This document shows, piece after piece, positions 12,377 through 57,340 of a DNA stretch of 64,000 nt (the stretch's first letter is position 1; each line of letters starts with the position of its first letter). The notes beneath the pieces are model-generated. The model did no database searches, was not told the origin of the DNA, and saw nothing but the letters and a program-made list of their open reading frames with translations. The stretch covers positions 1-64,000 of the forward strand of contig CAXHJY010000152.1 in NCBI GenBank assembly GCA_964016885.1. Reading direction: 5' to 3'. Source of the DNA: Eledone cirrhosa (lineage: Eukaryota). The position numbers and the translations under genes are program-made.

Positions 12377-13085
12377 AATAAATGTAATCTGAGTTTTTCG
12401 AATATTAATAATTGTTTCTACGTTTGGCACAAGGCCAGCAATTACCCAGTGCATTACTGGTACTTTATTTTATCGACCCCGTAAGGATGAAAGGCAAAGT
12501 TAACCTCGGCGGTATTTGAACTCAGAATGACAAGGGCTGTAACTCTATGCGTCAAAGCATGGCGTCCGATCCTTTACTGATACTGCCAATCCACCGCTCT
12601 TTTCGAATATTAATAATAACTTTTCGAATATTAATAATAACATTCGATTCGTTTGCAATTATGCAAATAAGCCTCATTTTTAAAGCCATGTCATAGAATG
12701 AACTCTTCATTCTTGCTCTTGTGTTGGCATGTAAACAGAACTTCAGACACTAATGTTTCTGGGTATCACCCTTCATCAGTACAGCTCACTGTTCACCTGC
12801 CAACTGTCAGAGCTAGTGAAAATATATGCTATTTTCTCAAATATACAGTGACTGATCGGCCTGATTTGCATATTAGCAGACTGGCTGATCAGTCAGATCT
12901 GCATATTAGCAGATCCACTGATCAGCCAGATTTGCATATCACCAGACTGGCCAGTCAGTTTCCTGTATACGAGCGATAAATGGCCGGCTTTGCTTGATAT
13001 GGATCTAAAAATGAGGCTTGTTTGCATAATTGCAAACGAATCGAATGTTATTATTAATATTCGAAAAACTCAGATTACATTTATT
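12377..13085 (-). mobile_element. Element with ~80-bp inverted termini and internal hammerhead (12741-12785), left arm interrupted by a SINE
   Basis: 13006-13085 is the reverse complement of 12377-12411 + 12637-12682; CTGATGA-A-GGGT(gat)ACCC-A-GAAACAT(ta)GTGTC^. Confidence 0.7.
12411..12597 (-). mobile_element. tRNA-derived SINE with Nin-type core
   Basis: A box TGGCAGTATCAG, B box GAGTTCAAATAC, core GCCTTTCATCCTTACGGGGTCGATAAAA; target duplication ttttcgaatattaataa. Confidence 0.85.
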
Positions 13086-13329
13086 ATATATATATCAAAA
13101 GTATATATTGAGTTAGAAACTCAAAGTAGTCCCTTACAATTAAAACAGCTCAAGGAAAATCTGGTCTCTTATGATTTGAACACATATATGTATATATCTG
13201 TGTTTATCTCTCTTTAATTACCCACTACTTGCTACGTTTCACACATTTTTTTGTAAGAAAATGATGATTGATTTTTAAATCAGTGATATAATTTATGGAG
13301 AAAAATAAAGGGAAAATGTTAAAAAAGTA

Positions 13330-13820
13330 GAGGCATTAACTAATAATTTTTGTTGTCATAATTCTAGTAATGTTTTGCCATAGATAAAATGTCTAAATTA
13401 GCCAAATTTTACTAAAAAAAAAAAAAAAGGTGCTTTTTTTTGTTAATTTACATTTAATTAATAGAAAAACCCCATGATAATAGAGATTCCAATACTCAAG
13501 TTATGGGCTTCCAAAATGTTCACTCTTGGGGGTTTAACCCCCATTGGTGTGTCTTAATATTATTGAAATTTGCTGAAATTTTGTGAATAAGCATCATATT
13601 TTGTCATTTACCAATGGCTTAAATTTCATATAAATCGAAGGGAAAACAATTTCAGCGGGGCTTTGTGCCCCCGGGAGACCCCGGGGAACCCTTTGATTGA
13701 AATGAAATAAACTTGTCGAAGTACCCTGGCCAATGTAGTTTCAGAATATATATGGTTATGAGGGTCTTTCTCCAAAACCATAGGAGGAGTTTGTGAACAA
13801 ACAAACAGACAGGAACTACA

Positions 13821-13830
<10 letters not shown>
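13330..13830 (-). mobile_element. Non-autonomous Helitron-like element
   Basis: Minus-strand start ..TATATATAAAGTTG..ctgtctgtttgtttg; internal motifs resemble 581-960. Confidence 0.4.
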
Positions 13831-13856
<26 letters not shown>

Positions 13857-13861
<5 letters not shown>

Positions 13862-14244
13862 AAATAAAGATCCGAAGGCATGGTGTAAATTTCCAATCAT
13901 TTTAATCACCACACATGTTTCAATAAGAGATATATTGATCGTGCGGCCATGATCGATTATCACTGATCTTGTCAGGTGAAAATGAATTGTCTTCAAATCC
14001 TTGATATGAGGGAGAAAATTTAACGATGTTCACTCACTAGAGTTTTGTCCCCCATATCTCTAGTGAGTGAACATCGTTAAATATTCTCCCTCATATCAAA
14101 GATTTGAAGACAATTCATTTTCACCTGACGAGATCAGTGATAATCGATCATGGCCGCACGATCGATATATCTCTTATTGAAACATGTGTGGTGATTAAAA
14201 TGATTGGAAATTTACACCATGCCTTCGGATCTTTATTTTGATAT
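13857..14244. mobile_element. ~185-bp inverted repeat (15-nt spacer) in (TA)n, hammerhead motif in each arm
   Basis: Arms 13857-14042 / 14058-14244 with few mismatches; TCAC-CTGACGA..GAAACATGT..GGTGA at 14121-14194. Confidence 0.85.
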
Positions 14245-15020
14245 ATATATATATATATATACAAAAGCGTGGAGAACTTAATATTGCTAACAAAAGTTTA
14301 TTGGACCGTATGACACAACCAATAATACACCTTACTATATAACAACTATATATATATATATATATACACATATATGTTTGTGTGTGTGTGTTGTAGAATA
14401 TGCAAGTATAGATATAACACTATATAACACTGTATTGCATTAAATAATTCGTAAATCAAATTGGAGACGAAATGAGACGATACAAGTTGAATAAACAAAC
14501 AATATTTGATCTTCAATTATCTGTTCAGGACTATGACACACAAGGTGTGTCATAGTTTTCGCTATTTTAAGGATGGTAACCTTGTCAATCTTTCAATCTT
14601 GGAGAGCATGTGAATGTTATATACGTTTTAGATAATAAATATGCATACTCTAGTGTGGTATTGGTCAAAGTCTAAACAGAAAAATCTCTACATGTGTGGT
14701 GCGGTACTTTGTTACACAATAATGGGACAACCTATTACTTGGTGATTAAGTGGCTACGAATTGTCTGTTATCCCCGTGTGATGTAAAAGTAGATAAAACA
14801 GTTATTTTGCCCAGTAAAACTATGTACTAGTGCTATATTTTTTGCTTTGTGAGATTGACAGTCTATTCCCTCTAGTCAACAGTACGATTACCCGGCAAAC
14901 CACACTCTATATTCTTGACTTCACTACCCCCTTTCATGTTAATTACAAATATTTAATATAAAATTTGTGTGTGCGTTTATATATTTATATGTATGTGTGC
15001 GTTTGTGCGTGTATATATAT

Positions 15021-15080
<60 letters not shown>

Positions 15081-15299
15081 GGTACATAAGGTTTTGTTTA
15101 TGTAGATAAAGAATGAATGCTTAAACAAGGTAACTGTTTACAAGAAACATATGTTAAAGCCAATAAATACCAACTCTCCTTTCTCACCGAAGTCTATATT
15201 TTTCTTGGTGCAATACTTGCTTTCGTCCTTTACGGGGTCGATAAAATAAAGTACCAGTAATGCACTAGGTAATTGCTGGCTTTGTGCCAATAGTAGTTC

Positions 15300-16415
15300 C
15301 TAGCTAACTGTATGCCGCTACATCTAGCTTTTGTTGACCTGGAAAAGGCCTTTGACAGAGTACCTTGATTTGTCATATGGCGTTTCTTAATGAAACTAGA
15401 TGTAGATGAATGGTTCACGAAAGCAATGCAAACCGTGGGCTGTTAGTAAAGTGAGAGTAAGTGATGAGTATAATGAAGAATTCAAAGTTCAGGTAGGTGT
15501 TCATCAAGGCTCAATCCTCAGCCAACTTCTGTTCTTCAGGCCATAATAGAGGAGTTAAAGATTGACTGTCCATGGGAACTTTTGTCTGTTAATGACCTGG
15601 TTCTTATAACTGAATCTGTGGAAGTGTTTGGAAAGAAGGTTCGGCTATGGAAACAGAACTCAAAAGAGTAAACCTAACAAAGACCAAAGTTTTAGTTAAC
15701 TAAGAAAGAGGACAAGACTGATTCCATCAGAGAAGTGGCCATGCTTGATAAGTAAAAAAGGAATAGGTAGGAACTCTAAATGATATACACAATGTAAGGT
15801 ATCGGCACAAAAGAGATATAGTGGGATTGTAGGCAGGCTAAAAGAAAAGATAGATTTTGCGTGTGGTTGATGCATAGTAAACGTGGGTAGTAAGAGCAAC
15901 AGTAAAATAAACCTTTTTCAATCTCAGGAAGGTACTATGGTTGATAGTTTCTGTTAATTATGTAACCTAATTAACAGTGGAATGGTTTCTCTGAACCCAT
16001 AGCAGCTAAAATAGGAAAAAACTGGAAAAGGTTTAGGGAGTTATAACCTCTGTTGACAACAAAGGGATTTTCTTTACGAGAAATGGGTAGGTTGTATAAT
16101 GCTTGCGTAAGAAATGCGATGTTGTATGGCAGGGAGTCATGAGCAGTAAATGCAGAAGGCAAACAGTAACTGGAAGATATATGAAGTAAGCAAGTTCTGT
16201 TTGGTGTATATACTGTTGCGTGTATGGATGAAAAATTGCTAGGAGATACCAGTGGAAGGAAGGTGGGCATAGGTGGTGAGAGTTGATCTCAAAACACCAA
16301 ACTTCACAGAGATGACAAAGGAGCCCGACGAGTGAAGGGGGCTGTGCTGAAACGAACCCGTCCAACCGGTGCACGCATGGAAAAGCGAACATAAAATTAT
16401 GATGATGATGATGAT
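15300..16415 (+). mobile_element. Decayed RTE LINE (RT, PHD-like insert, C-terminus, (GAT)n tail)
   Basis: LAFVDLEKAFDRVP, GVHQGS, CPWELL, remnant Cys cluster; many stops. Confidence 0.8.
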
Positions 16416-16516
16416 CACACACAAACTCTTGAATTTCCCCCCTTAACCTAATTCCCAAGGAAATTCAGCGAAAGTCTACGATAAAACTGTACCTTTCAAT
16501 TACAGATACAGATCAT

Positions 16517-17015
16517 TATGTATTATGAGGTTAACTTTGCCTTTCATCCTTACGGGGTCGATAAAATAAAGTACCAGTAATGCACTGGGTAATTGCTGGC
16601 TTTGTGCCAAAAGTAGAAACAATTATGTATTATGTTGGATTGGCAGTATCGGTAGAGGATCGGACGCCATGCTTTAACTCATAGAGTTACGGCCCTTGCC
16701 ATTCTGAGTTCAAATCCCGCCGGGGTTAACTTTGCCTTTCATCCTTACGGGGTCGATAAAATAAAGTACCAGTAATGCACTGGGTAATTGCTGGCCTTGT
16801 GCCAAAAGTAGAATCAATTATGTATTATAGTCAGACACTATGCTTTGCAGCATAGAGTTATAGCCCTTTGCGTTCTGAGTTCAAATCCCGCCAAGGTTAG
16901 CTTTGCCTTTCATCCTTACCGATAAAATAAAGCACCAATAATACACTGGGGTCGATTTAATCGACTTCCCCCTCCCCAAAATTTCTGGCTTTGTACCCAA
17001 AGTAGAAACGATTAT
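16517..17015 (+). mobile_element. Three head-to-tail Nin-core SINE copies (full copy 16636-16820)
   Basis: Repeated core and tail gtgccaaaagtagaaacaattat. Confidence 0.85.
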
Positions 17016-18796
17016 GTATTTATAGTGTAAGTGGCTGACTATATGAGACACATGTGTACCCTTAGCGTAATTCCCAAGCCGAATCAGCGTGATGCAATAT
17101 GTGACAAGGCTAGACCATTGCATTACAGGCACAGTCCATCCGATGAGCTTCCCACACAGTTTTCTTTTACCCAATTTCACTCACAAGTCTTAAGTTGGCT
17201 TGAGATCAAGGAAATGACAAAGCGAACTTCCTAACCACACAACCAGTCTTGTGGGCTATGATTTCATAGAGTAAAGACACAAGAAACATAAAACAACGTT
17301 GGCTCAATCAAATTTCTACATTTTATAATGCAGGGGAAATAACTCGGCAATCCTCTATCTTATTACCTCCCATCGGACGCTGCATAGCTGAATGGTTAAG
17401 AAGTGTGTATGTTTATGTTTGTGTTAGTCCCGCAATTTAGTGGTTCGACCAAAAGAAAAAGATCGATAAAATAAATACCAGACTTCCGAAAACAAATAAG
17501 TACTGGGGTTGATATGATCGAGTAAAATTCACCTTCAAAACGGCGCCCCATCATGGCTGCAGTCTAATAATTGAAACCAGTAAAAGAATGAAAGAATTTC
17601 TTCAATCACTATGACGATAAGCGTCAAACAAGGGGAATAACTGCTGACAAAAATCTCGAAATTAAAAACAAAATACGCGTTTAATTCATGGTTTTTCTCT
17701 TTAGTTTAATAAACATACAATTATGTACTGCCATTGTAAAAACAAATATGTCTAAAATTATTAAATTTGAAAATTTCAGCGAAATATATTACATTCAAAA
17801 TAATTAATATAAGTAAAAGTAAAGTCATATGAAAATGATAAAATGATAATTATATATATATAAACATAGCATTTTATATATTTAACTAAATCTCAGCAAT
17901 TGCTATACTTATAAATATACTTAATTATCTCCCTTATTAAAAGCTTCACTTTCATCATTATAACCATCATTTAACGTCCATAGCAATGGTTCGACGGGTT
18001 TTCACTGATCGAGTCACTACTGATGCGAGGTTTCTGGCCTCCCAGACAGGCCGGGGCCTCTGCATCTAGCTTACATACGGTTCCGTGTTCTACCGAGTGC
18101 ATTTTATCGTGGAATTAGAACTAGAGAGGTTGTCTTTGTCACAACTGAAGGGTCCTCCTAATTCTTGGTTTAGCAAGCTTTCTACGTCTGGATACCCTTC
18201 CTATTATCAACCACTCTACAGTGTGCACTGGGTGTGTTTGTCGTATTGATCACCAACACTATAGAGATTGTATGTTTTTGACATAACTGAAGGGGGCTTC
18301 CCAACACTTTTTTTTTTTGGCAAGCTTCCACAGTTGAATGACTTTCCCTTTATCAACCATGGCGTTACAGCGTGTACTGGAAACATTTATCGTATAGATC
18401 CAACATTAAAGAGATTGTCAGAGAAAACATTTTCGAAGGTATCTAACATGTATATATTAACTGTAAGGCCATTTTATCCATGTCACACAAATGCTGTTTT
18501 ATATTTTTTGAGATGAGATTTGTTTTGAGCCTTTGAGTTCTAGATTCAAAATCCCACTGTGGCATACTTGGGTATTAGACTTCATTTATAACCTGATTTA
18601 ACACCACCACAAGCTGGTTCTTGGATGATTTTAAATGGTGTTCATTATATAGCAAAAGTTTCAACAAGATTTCCAGTTTGGGGATAACTCCCTCCTACCA
18701 ATGGGGATCTCTGAAAAGGGTTATGAGCACATTCCCTCCCTGACTAAACTGAAAAAATAACAAAGAAGACATGGTATAATTTTTTTAAAAAAGCAT

Positions 18797-18802
18797 TTTA
18801 TT
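18797..18802 (-). terminator. Candidate PTPA polyadenylation signal
   Basis: AATAAA on the minus strand ~1.15 kb past the stop codon, followed by a T/GT-rich tract. Confidence 0.4.
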
Positions 18803-18817
18803 TACATTTGAACATAG

Positions 18818-18888
<71 letters not shown>

Positions 18889-18932
18889 CATGCATATATA
18901 TATATACATACAAACACACACACACACACAAG

Positions 18933-18975
<43 letters not shown>

Positions 18976-19479
18976 AAATTTGAAAATATACTTCCTATGG
19001 GTTTATTTAATCCTTATCAAACATACATCCACTAAATTATGTTGACTTTGTTCTACCTATATAGCGACTGAGCTAGCTATATTTGGACTGCTATTGGGAT
19101 TTATGTTTTGTTGTAGTTGTTCAAAGATAGGTACATTGGTAAATATAGATAGATTCCTATAGATAAACAGATAAGTAGGTAAACAGATAAGCAGGAAGAA
19201 AGAAAGATAGATTTCTTTATTGTAGCTAGATAGACAACCAGACAGACAGGTAGATAGATAGATAGATAAATAGGTAGATAGATAGATGAATGTTTTCATC
19301 CAAAGATAGATATACAGATACATAGGTAGCTATAGATAGTTGCTGTTCCAATGTTGACCACACTGAGAGAGAGAAGAGAGACACACACACAGACGAAAAG
19401 AAAAAAAAATATCAAAGCACTGAAATTACGAGGCAAATCTAGCACAAAGTGGTTGTCACTTGATTCATGTTTTATTACA

Positions 19480-19522
<43 letters not shown>

Positions 19523-19563
19523 CACAATATAAGCATACGTATATATATATACATGGACACTAT

Positions 19564-19629
<66 letters not shown>

Positions 19630-19949
19630 GAGATATGGTAATTAGACAAATTCAATTCACAAATATAATACCAATGGCGGACGAGGAAGATAAAGTAATA
19701 TAAACACAAAACGAAACAAAAGCATCTTCCGAGATATGTTGGGGGGAGAGGGGGCATGGTTGTAACAGTGGTAAATATGGGGGGATAAGGGTTATGTATT
19801 AGAGAGCAGAAGGGGAGGACATGAATTTGGTGGAGGGGTTGAGTATCAGGGAAGGATAAAACATGAATTTGGTGGATGGGTCATTATATATCACTTCCAC
19901 AATCTACTGATAGAGGAAGGACATAACCATCACTTCAACATAGTCTTTT

Positions 19950-52072
<32,123 letters not shown>

Positions 52073-52191
52073 ATTGCTTGATAGATAAAATACAGTTATT
52101 TCCCTTGATATATCCAGTTATCTGAAGGGAGACAACTGGATATAAGATTGTTTTTACTTTCGGTTTATTTTTATTTTTCTTCTGCGCATAC

Positions 52192-52640
52192 TTACTCCTT
52201 GGAGGGTCGTGGGAGCAGAGTCCTCAAGCACGCCTTCCAGCGGGTCCTGTCAGAAGCAACCTTCTCCAACTGATCCGACTGGATCTCTAAGCGGAACCAG
52301 CTGAGATCATGGATGTTATCCAATCATCTTGCTCGGGGTCTACCCCAGGGTCTCCTGTCGATTGATTTTGCCCATAAAATCTGTCAAGCGATTTCTTCCT
52401 GAGACATTCTAACCACATGTCCGTGATATCGGAGTTGTGGTCTCTCAATTCAGAGAAGTAACGACTCTCTGATCTTCGGGCTACGCACTCTTTCGAGTAA
52501 CGTCACTCCAAAGACCCTTCGGGGCACCCCATTTCGGCCGCTTATATTCGCGATCGTATTCTTTCGGTCATTACCCCAAATCCATGACCATAGGTAAGGG
52601 TTAGCACGAATACCGAATTGAAGATAGCGAATTTGGATTC
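52192..52640 (-). mobile_element. RTE (Expander/Rex3-like) 3' fragment upstream of the PTPA ATG
   Basis: LTYGH..VMTERIRSRI.AAEM, QLRYHGHVVRM, RPWGRPR, DRTRW...LLPRP*. Confidence 0.8.
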
Positions 52641-52874
52641 AACACCTACTTCCCTTCTTTCGGGTAATTTTTTTAATCCTCACGTAAAAAGGCGGTAAAT
52701 TGGCAGTCGTTAGAGCAGGGATCTCATACTCAAGAACTCAAAAGAGCCATTACGTCGGGGGGGGGGGGGGGGGGCACAACGGGCCAAAAGTAAGATGAGC
52801 AGGAGCATGATTTCCACCAGTTATAATGCTAATCTGCAATACAGCTGATAGGCTGCTATTATTTTTTTCATTAC

Positions 52875-52996
52875 CATTCTGAGTTCAAATCCCGCCAAGG
52901 TTAACTTTGCCTTTCATCCTCATGGGGTCGATGAAATAAAGTACCAGTAATGCACTGGGTAATTGCTGGCCTTGTGCCAAAAGTAGAAACAATTAT
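52875..52996 (+). mobile_element. Nin-core SINE, partial
   Basis: B box, core and tail present. Confidence 0.8.
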
Positions 52997-54326
52997 GTTT
53001 TTCATTAAAATGCATACGCATCTGACAGTAAGTGCGATATGTGAAACGTAAAGGACAAATTTACCATTTCAAATTTGCCTTAATTCCGTTTTTACTTTGG
53101 ATTTACTACAATTTATATATGTAATCTGTCATCTCAAGTACACCTTCCCTATGCCAATATGAATTGATTAATTTATTTCTTACATTATGAAACAAAACAA
53201 ATTTCCTTATCTTCTGTTCTGTGCGTTACTTTTCTAAAATGTCAGACACCCCTCCTCTGCAGGTCTTTGAAACAAGTCGATGTAGATTTCATTAATGTGC
53301 TTAAGATGTATGTAAAATTGGATACATTTTTCTACTTTTCAGCTTTTGATGTTGAAGTGATAACGACTGAAATATTAAAATACATTTTACATCTCTGTGG
53401 GGAGAAATATGATCAGACCCTGGCTGATCTTAAAATTGATTCTCTGTTTACATTAGGTTGACAGGTCAACTTAATACTGCTGCTAGAGTATGGAAGAGGT
53501 GAGGGACAAATTACTAAATTTTAGGAAAATATTAGTCACGAAAATTGTTCTGATGTTAACCATAGAAAAGTAGTTTGCAGGTTGCGTTTTTGAAACTCTT
53601 GCGTTAGAGCGTTGGATAGGATATTTCGCGGTCTTCGATTCAGCTCTCTGCTCTCTGAGTTCAGATGCTGCCTAGGTTAACTTTGCCTTTCATCTTACCG
53701 AGGTCGATAAATAAAGTGCAGGTGTCGATTCTTTCTATTTCTCTGTAAATAATCGGCTATGTTCAAATCTGGAGAGGGATGGACTCCACCAGAATTAAGG
53801 CGTCCAACACGCTATATGTCAAAAGGGCGCCCCAACACCAAGAAATAAATAATGTATATAAAATAAAGTTAATAGTTTTTGTGTTTTTTAAATAGGTAAA
53901 ATGATACTTCTGTGCAATAATTATATATAATTATTGATTTGACAAATAAACTTACGAATATCAATTTCTGAAATTTTAAAGTTTAAAATCTTCCTTAAAT
54001 ATTGATTTCTATGGTTTATGAGAACAACTTTTCCTTTCATCTATTCGAGGTCGATTAAAAAGTACCAGTCTAGCATTAGAGTCTATTCTTCTATATCTTT
54101 TTCTCACTTCCTTTCTCTCACTCTCTATCCTTTTCTGAAAGAAATCTGCCGTATTCAAGCCTTGAGAGCGGGTGGGGTCCGCCAAATTTTAAAACTACCT
54201 CAAGAAACGCTGTATATCAATATGGAGTTACGGATCCATACCATATCATCGTTTATGATATTTCCCATGCACAGGGATGTCTGTGTGGATCTGAGTTCAG
54301 ACCTTCTGCATATAGCATTAAATTAA

Positions 54327-55188
54327 GTTCAAGTCCCCACAACGTACTTGGGATGCCATCCAATGCAGCCTGGCCTCAGATAGGCTCACGCGCCTGCTCG
54401 ACCAGCACCGCCTTGCTTGTTTTCGTGCGGCCTCCAAACCCCACAGTGGTGCCTGGCTCCATACCCTGCCCTCCTTCTCCGCTGGCACGCAGCTAGACAA
54501 CCATAGCCTGCGCATCGGCGTTTCCCTGAGGCTCGGCCTCCGGATCTGCCAGCCACACCAATGTCGCTGCAGTTCCACTGTGGACTGTTTCGGCCTCCAC
54601 CAGTTTTCCTGTCGCCACAGTGCCGGCCGCATTCTACGCCATGCTGCCCTCAACGAGGTCATTAAGCATGGCTTTGACGCTGCAGGCTTCCCTTCCCAGC
54701 TCGAGCCGGTGGGGCTGGATCGAGGGGACGGCAAAAGGCCAGATGGCATGACCATCTTCCCGTTCCGCGGTGGCAAACCCCTCGTCTGGGATGCCACTTG
54801 CACCGACACTTTCTGCAGCCGCAACCTGGTGCAATCTGCGACTGACACCAGGTTCCGCTGAACGTCGGGCTGAGCGGGCCAAACTCCTCAAATACCGGTC
54901 GCTCTCCGACAGGTTTGTGGTCGTATCCCTGGCAGTGGAGACTTCTGGTGTCCACGGCCCCAGGGCTACCTCCTTACTCACCACCATAGGCGCTGAGCTG
55001 GCCAGCCGCAGGTGTGAGCCCCGCGAGTTGGATTGGCTTTTCCAGCGCGTCTCCCTTGCCGTCCTCCGGGGAAACGCCTTCTCCATTCTGTGCGCCGGGG
55101 CTGTGGGTGGGCCCCATCGCGTATCATTTTTGTAAATATGACAACAGTTTATGACAGTTAAAAAAGAAAAATAAACAAAAAAAAAAAC
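54327..55188 (+). mobile_element. CRE-clade non-LTR element, longest copy
   Basis: HSGAWL..LP..LRLGL..CRC..H.F.C, RHAALNE, KRPDG, QRVSLAVLRGNA; A-rich tail; attaaatta on both flanks (possible TSD). Confidence 0.85.
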
Positions 55189-55670
55189 GTATTAAATTAC
55201 TTATGTAATCTTCCTCGCACTCTCTTTCTCTTTTTCTCTCTCTCCCTCTCTCCCTCTCTCTCCCTTCTCTCTCTCTCTCTCACACACATACAATACATAT
55301 AGAATAAAATTACATATAATGTCTCACTCACACTCTCACGTTCTCTCACTCTTCCTCCTCTCCCAGCCACCCATACACATATAGCATTAAATTACACATG
55401 TAATCTCTATCTCCTTCATTCTATCACTCACTCTCTCTCTCTCTCTTCCTTCTCCCCCTCTCCTTCTCTTTCACTCTCTCAGACACACACACGCATATGC
55501 ACATTTAGCATTAAATTATACTTGTAAGCTTTTGCTCTCTCCCCTCTCTCTCTCTCTCCTCTTCCCCTCCTTCTCCCTCAGACACACACTTAGCATTAAA
55601 TTACACATGTAATCTCTCTCTTCTCTCTCTCTCTCCCCTCTTTCTCTTCCTCTCTCAGATACACACATAT
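55189..55670. repeat. Degenerate tandem repeat with (CT)n and gcattaaattacacatgtaatc
   Basis: About 5 units visible. Confidence 0.7.
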
Positions 55671-57169
55671 ATCATCATTTTTAGAAGGAACGTTTTCAGA
55701 CATTTTTACACTTGAATAACCTTCCTTATGCCAACCCTTTTAGTTGACTCTTACAGGGATACAATGTACCTATTCTAAAAACTGGAACACTCTGTAAATA
55801 TAGGGTCAGAAGGGTTCATTAGTCCTGTTGAGATCTTGACAACCTATTTAGTGTAGGTGCCATGATAATATGATAATATACTCTGTTTAGTGACTAGTAT
55901 TAGGAAGGACATCCAGCCATAGAAAGCATACCAAAAATTAAACATATGAGCACGATGTGGTCCTCTATCTGGTCTGGTCTCAGACTGACAATCTATCCAA
56001 CCCATGCCAGCATGGAAAATGGACATAAAATGATAATGGTATGATGGGCTTCACCCAGTTTCTTTCTACCAATTTTACTCACAAGGTATTATTTGTCTAT
56101 ATCTAAAAATAAGCCAAAATATTAAATGTACAATGTATGTATGAACCTGTAACTCCTGGAGGGGTTACAATGGCGACATAGGGACATACAACATTTCTTG
56201 TGAATTTTTTTAAAAAGCCTTATCACAGCCAATTTCTTCCAGAGAAGGAGAGAGGAAGTAAGAAAGAGATATAGAAGAATCGACCCTAGTACTGAACTGG
56301 TACTTTTTTTTATCGACTTTGAAAAGATAAAAGGCAAAGTTGACCTCAGATTAAACAGTATAATAATAATTTTTTAAATGAAGAATATAAAAATAAAAAG
56401 GAAATTAACTGAAAGAAGAGGAATTTAGGTGTGTTTTATTTTTATTTTTAGATTCATTTTACTTTTCATACACATGATATTCTCTTCAACATTGTCAATG
56501 TCACTCTTTCAGATGATTTTCAAATAAAAACTTAACAATTTTGAATGCAGCTACATTTTTCAGCATGTGGTATTCAAGACATTCAGGAAATCTGGGTGAC
56601 TGACAACGAAGTTTTTGTCGTCATTAGTACCTCACCTTACTGAAATATCAGGTGATGCTGGTGATGACCTTGACTATTCCAGCACCTTAGCCTCGCTAAC
56701 ACCTTACTGAAGTATCAGATGATGCGATGAGAGTACCTTAGCCTCGCTACTATCTCTAACAATGTCATGATTGTCTTCTCTATTCTGTCCGTCGGGAACC
56801 CGGGGCGGCCAGCGCGTGGGCCCTCATTTGATCACAATAGGGAGAGATTGGGAGGGCGAGGGGGACGGAGGCAATGACAGTGGTAGTTTGGTTCTTTTGT
56901 GTTTGGACCTGGTGTATATATATACGTGTATATAAGAGAGAATGAGTCTAAAAGCTGTTTCGTGTACGTACGTATATGTATATATAAGAGAGAATGAGTC
57001 TAAAAGCTGTTTCGTGTACGTACGTATATGTGTATGTATAGGCACACACACACAAGAAGACAATATATATTCTCTGTTGTGATGTGTAATTGAGTGTGTA
57101 TGTCGTCTGATGTTTCTTTCTGATTCTTTTTGATTTGTTTCTTTTTTAAATCAGTAATTAGTTTTTCAT

Positions 57170-57340
57170 AATCATCCTTTTGTGTTTTTCCATGCTTGCA
57201 AGGGTTGGTCGGGTTCTTTCTAGCACAGCTTCCCTCCACTTGTTACGTTCCTTCGTCATCTCCTCTGTAATATTCAGCAACCCGAGATCAGCTTTCACCA
57301 ATTTTACCTAGGTTTTCCTTGGTCTTCCTCTACTGCAACT
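57170..57340 (-). mobile_element. RTE 3' end fragment
   Basis: SRGRPRKT..KADL..RNKWREAV plus the family tail. Confidence 0.7.

Noticed and set aside
14528-14590. 12-bp perfect hairpin next to GAAA on the minus strand
   Set aside because: CTGANGA core and stem I are missing; too degenerate to call a ribozyme.
53239-53500. Possible exons of a divergent plus-strand gene (tttcag acceptor, ATGGAAGAG|gtgagg)
   Set aside because: No recognisable protein and no consistent downstream exon; cannot be supported without RNA data.
56920-57030. ~60-bp tandem duplication near a GC-rich patch
   Set aside because: Looks like simple slippage between TA-rich ends; no further structure recognised.
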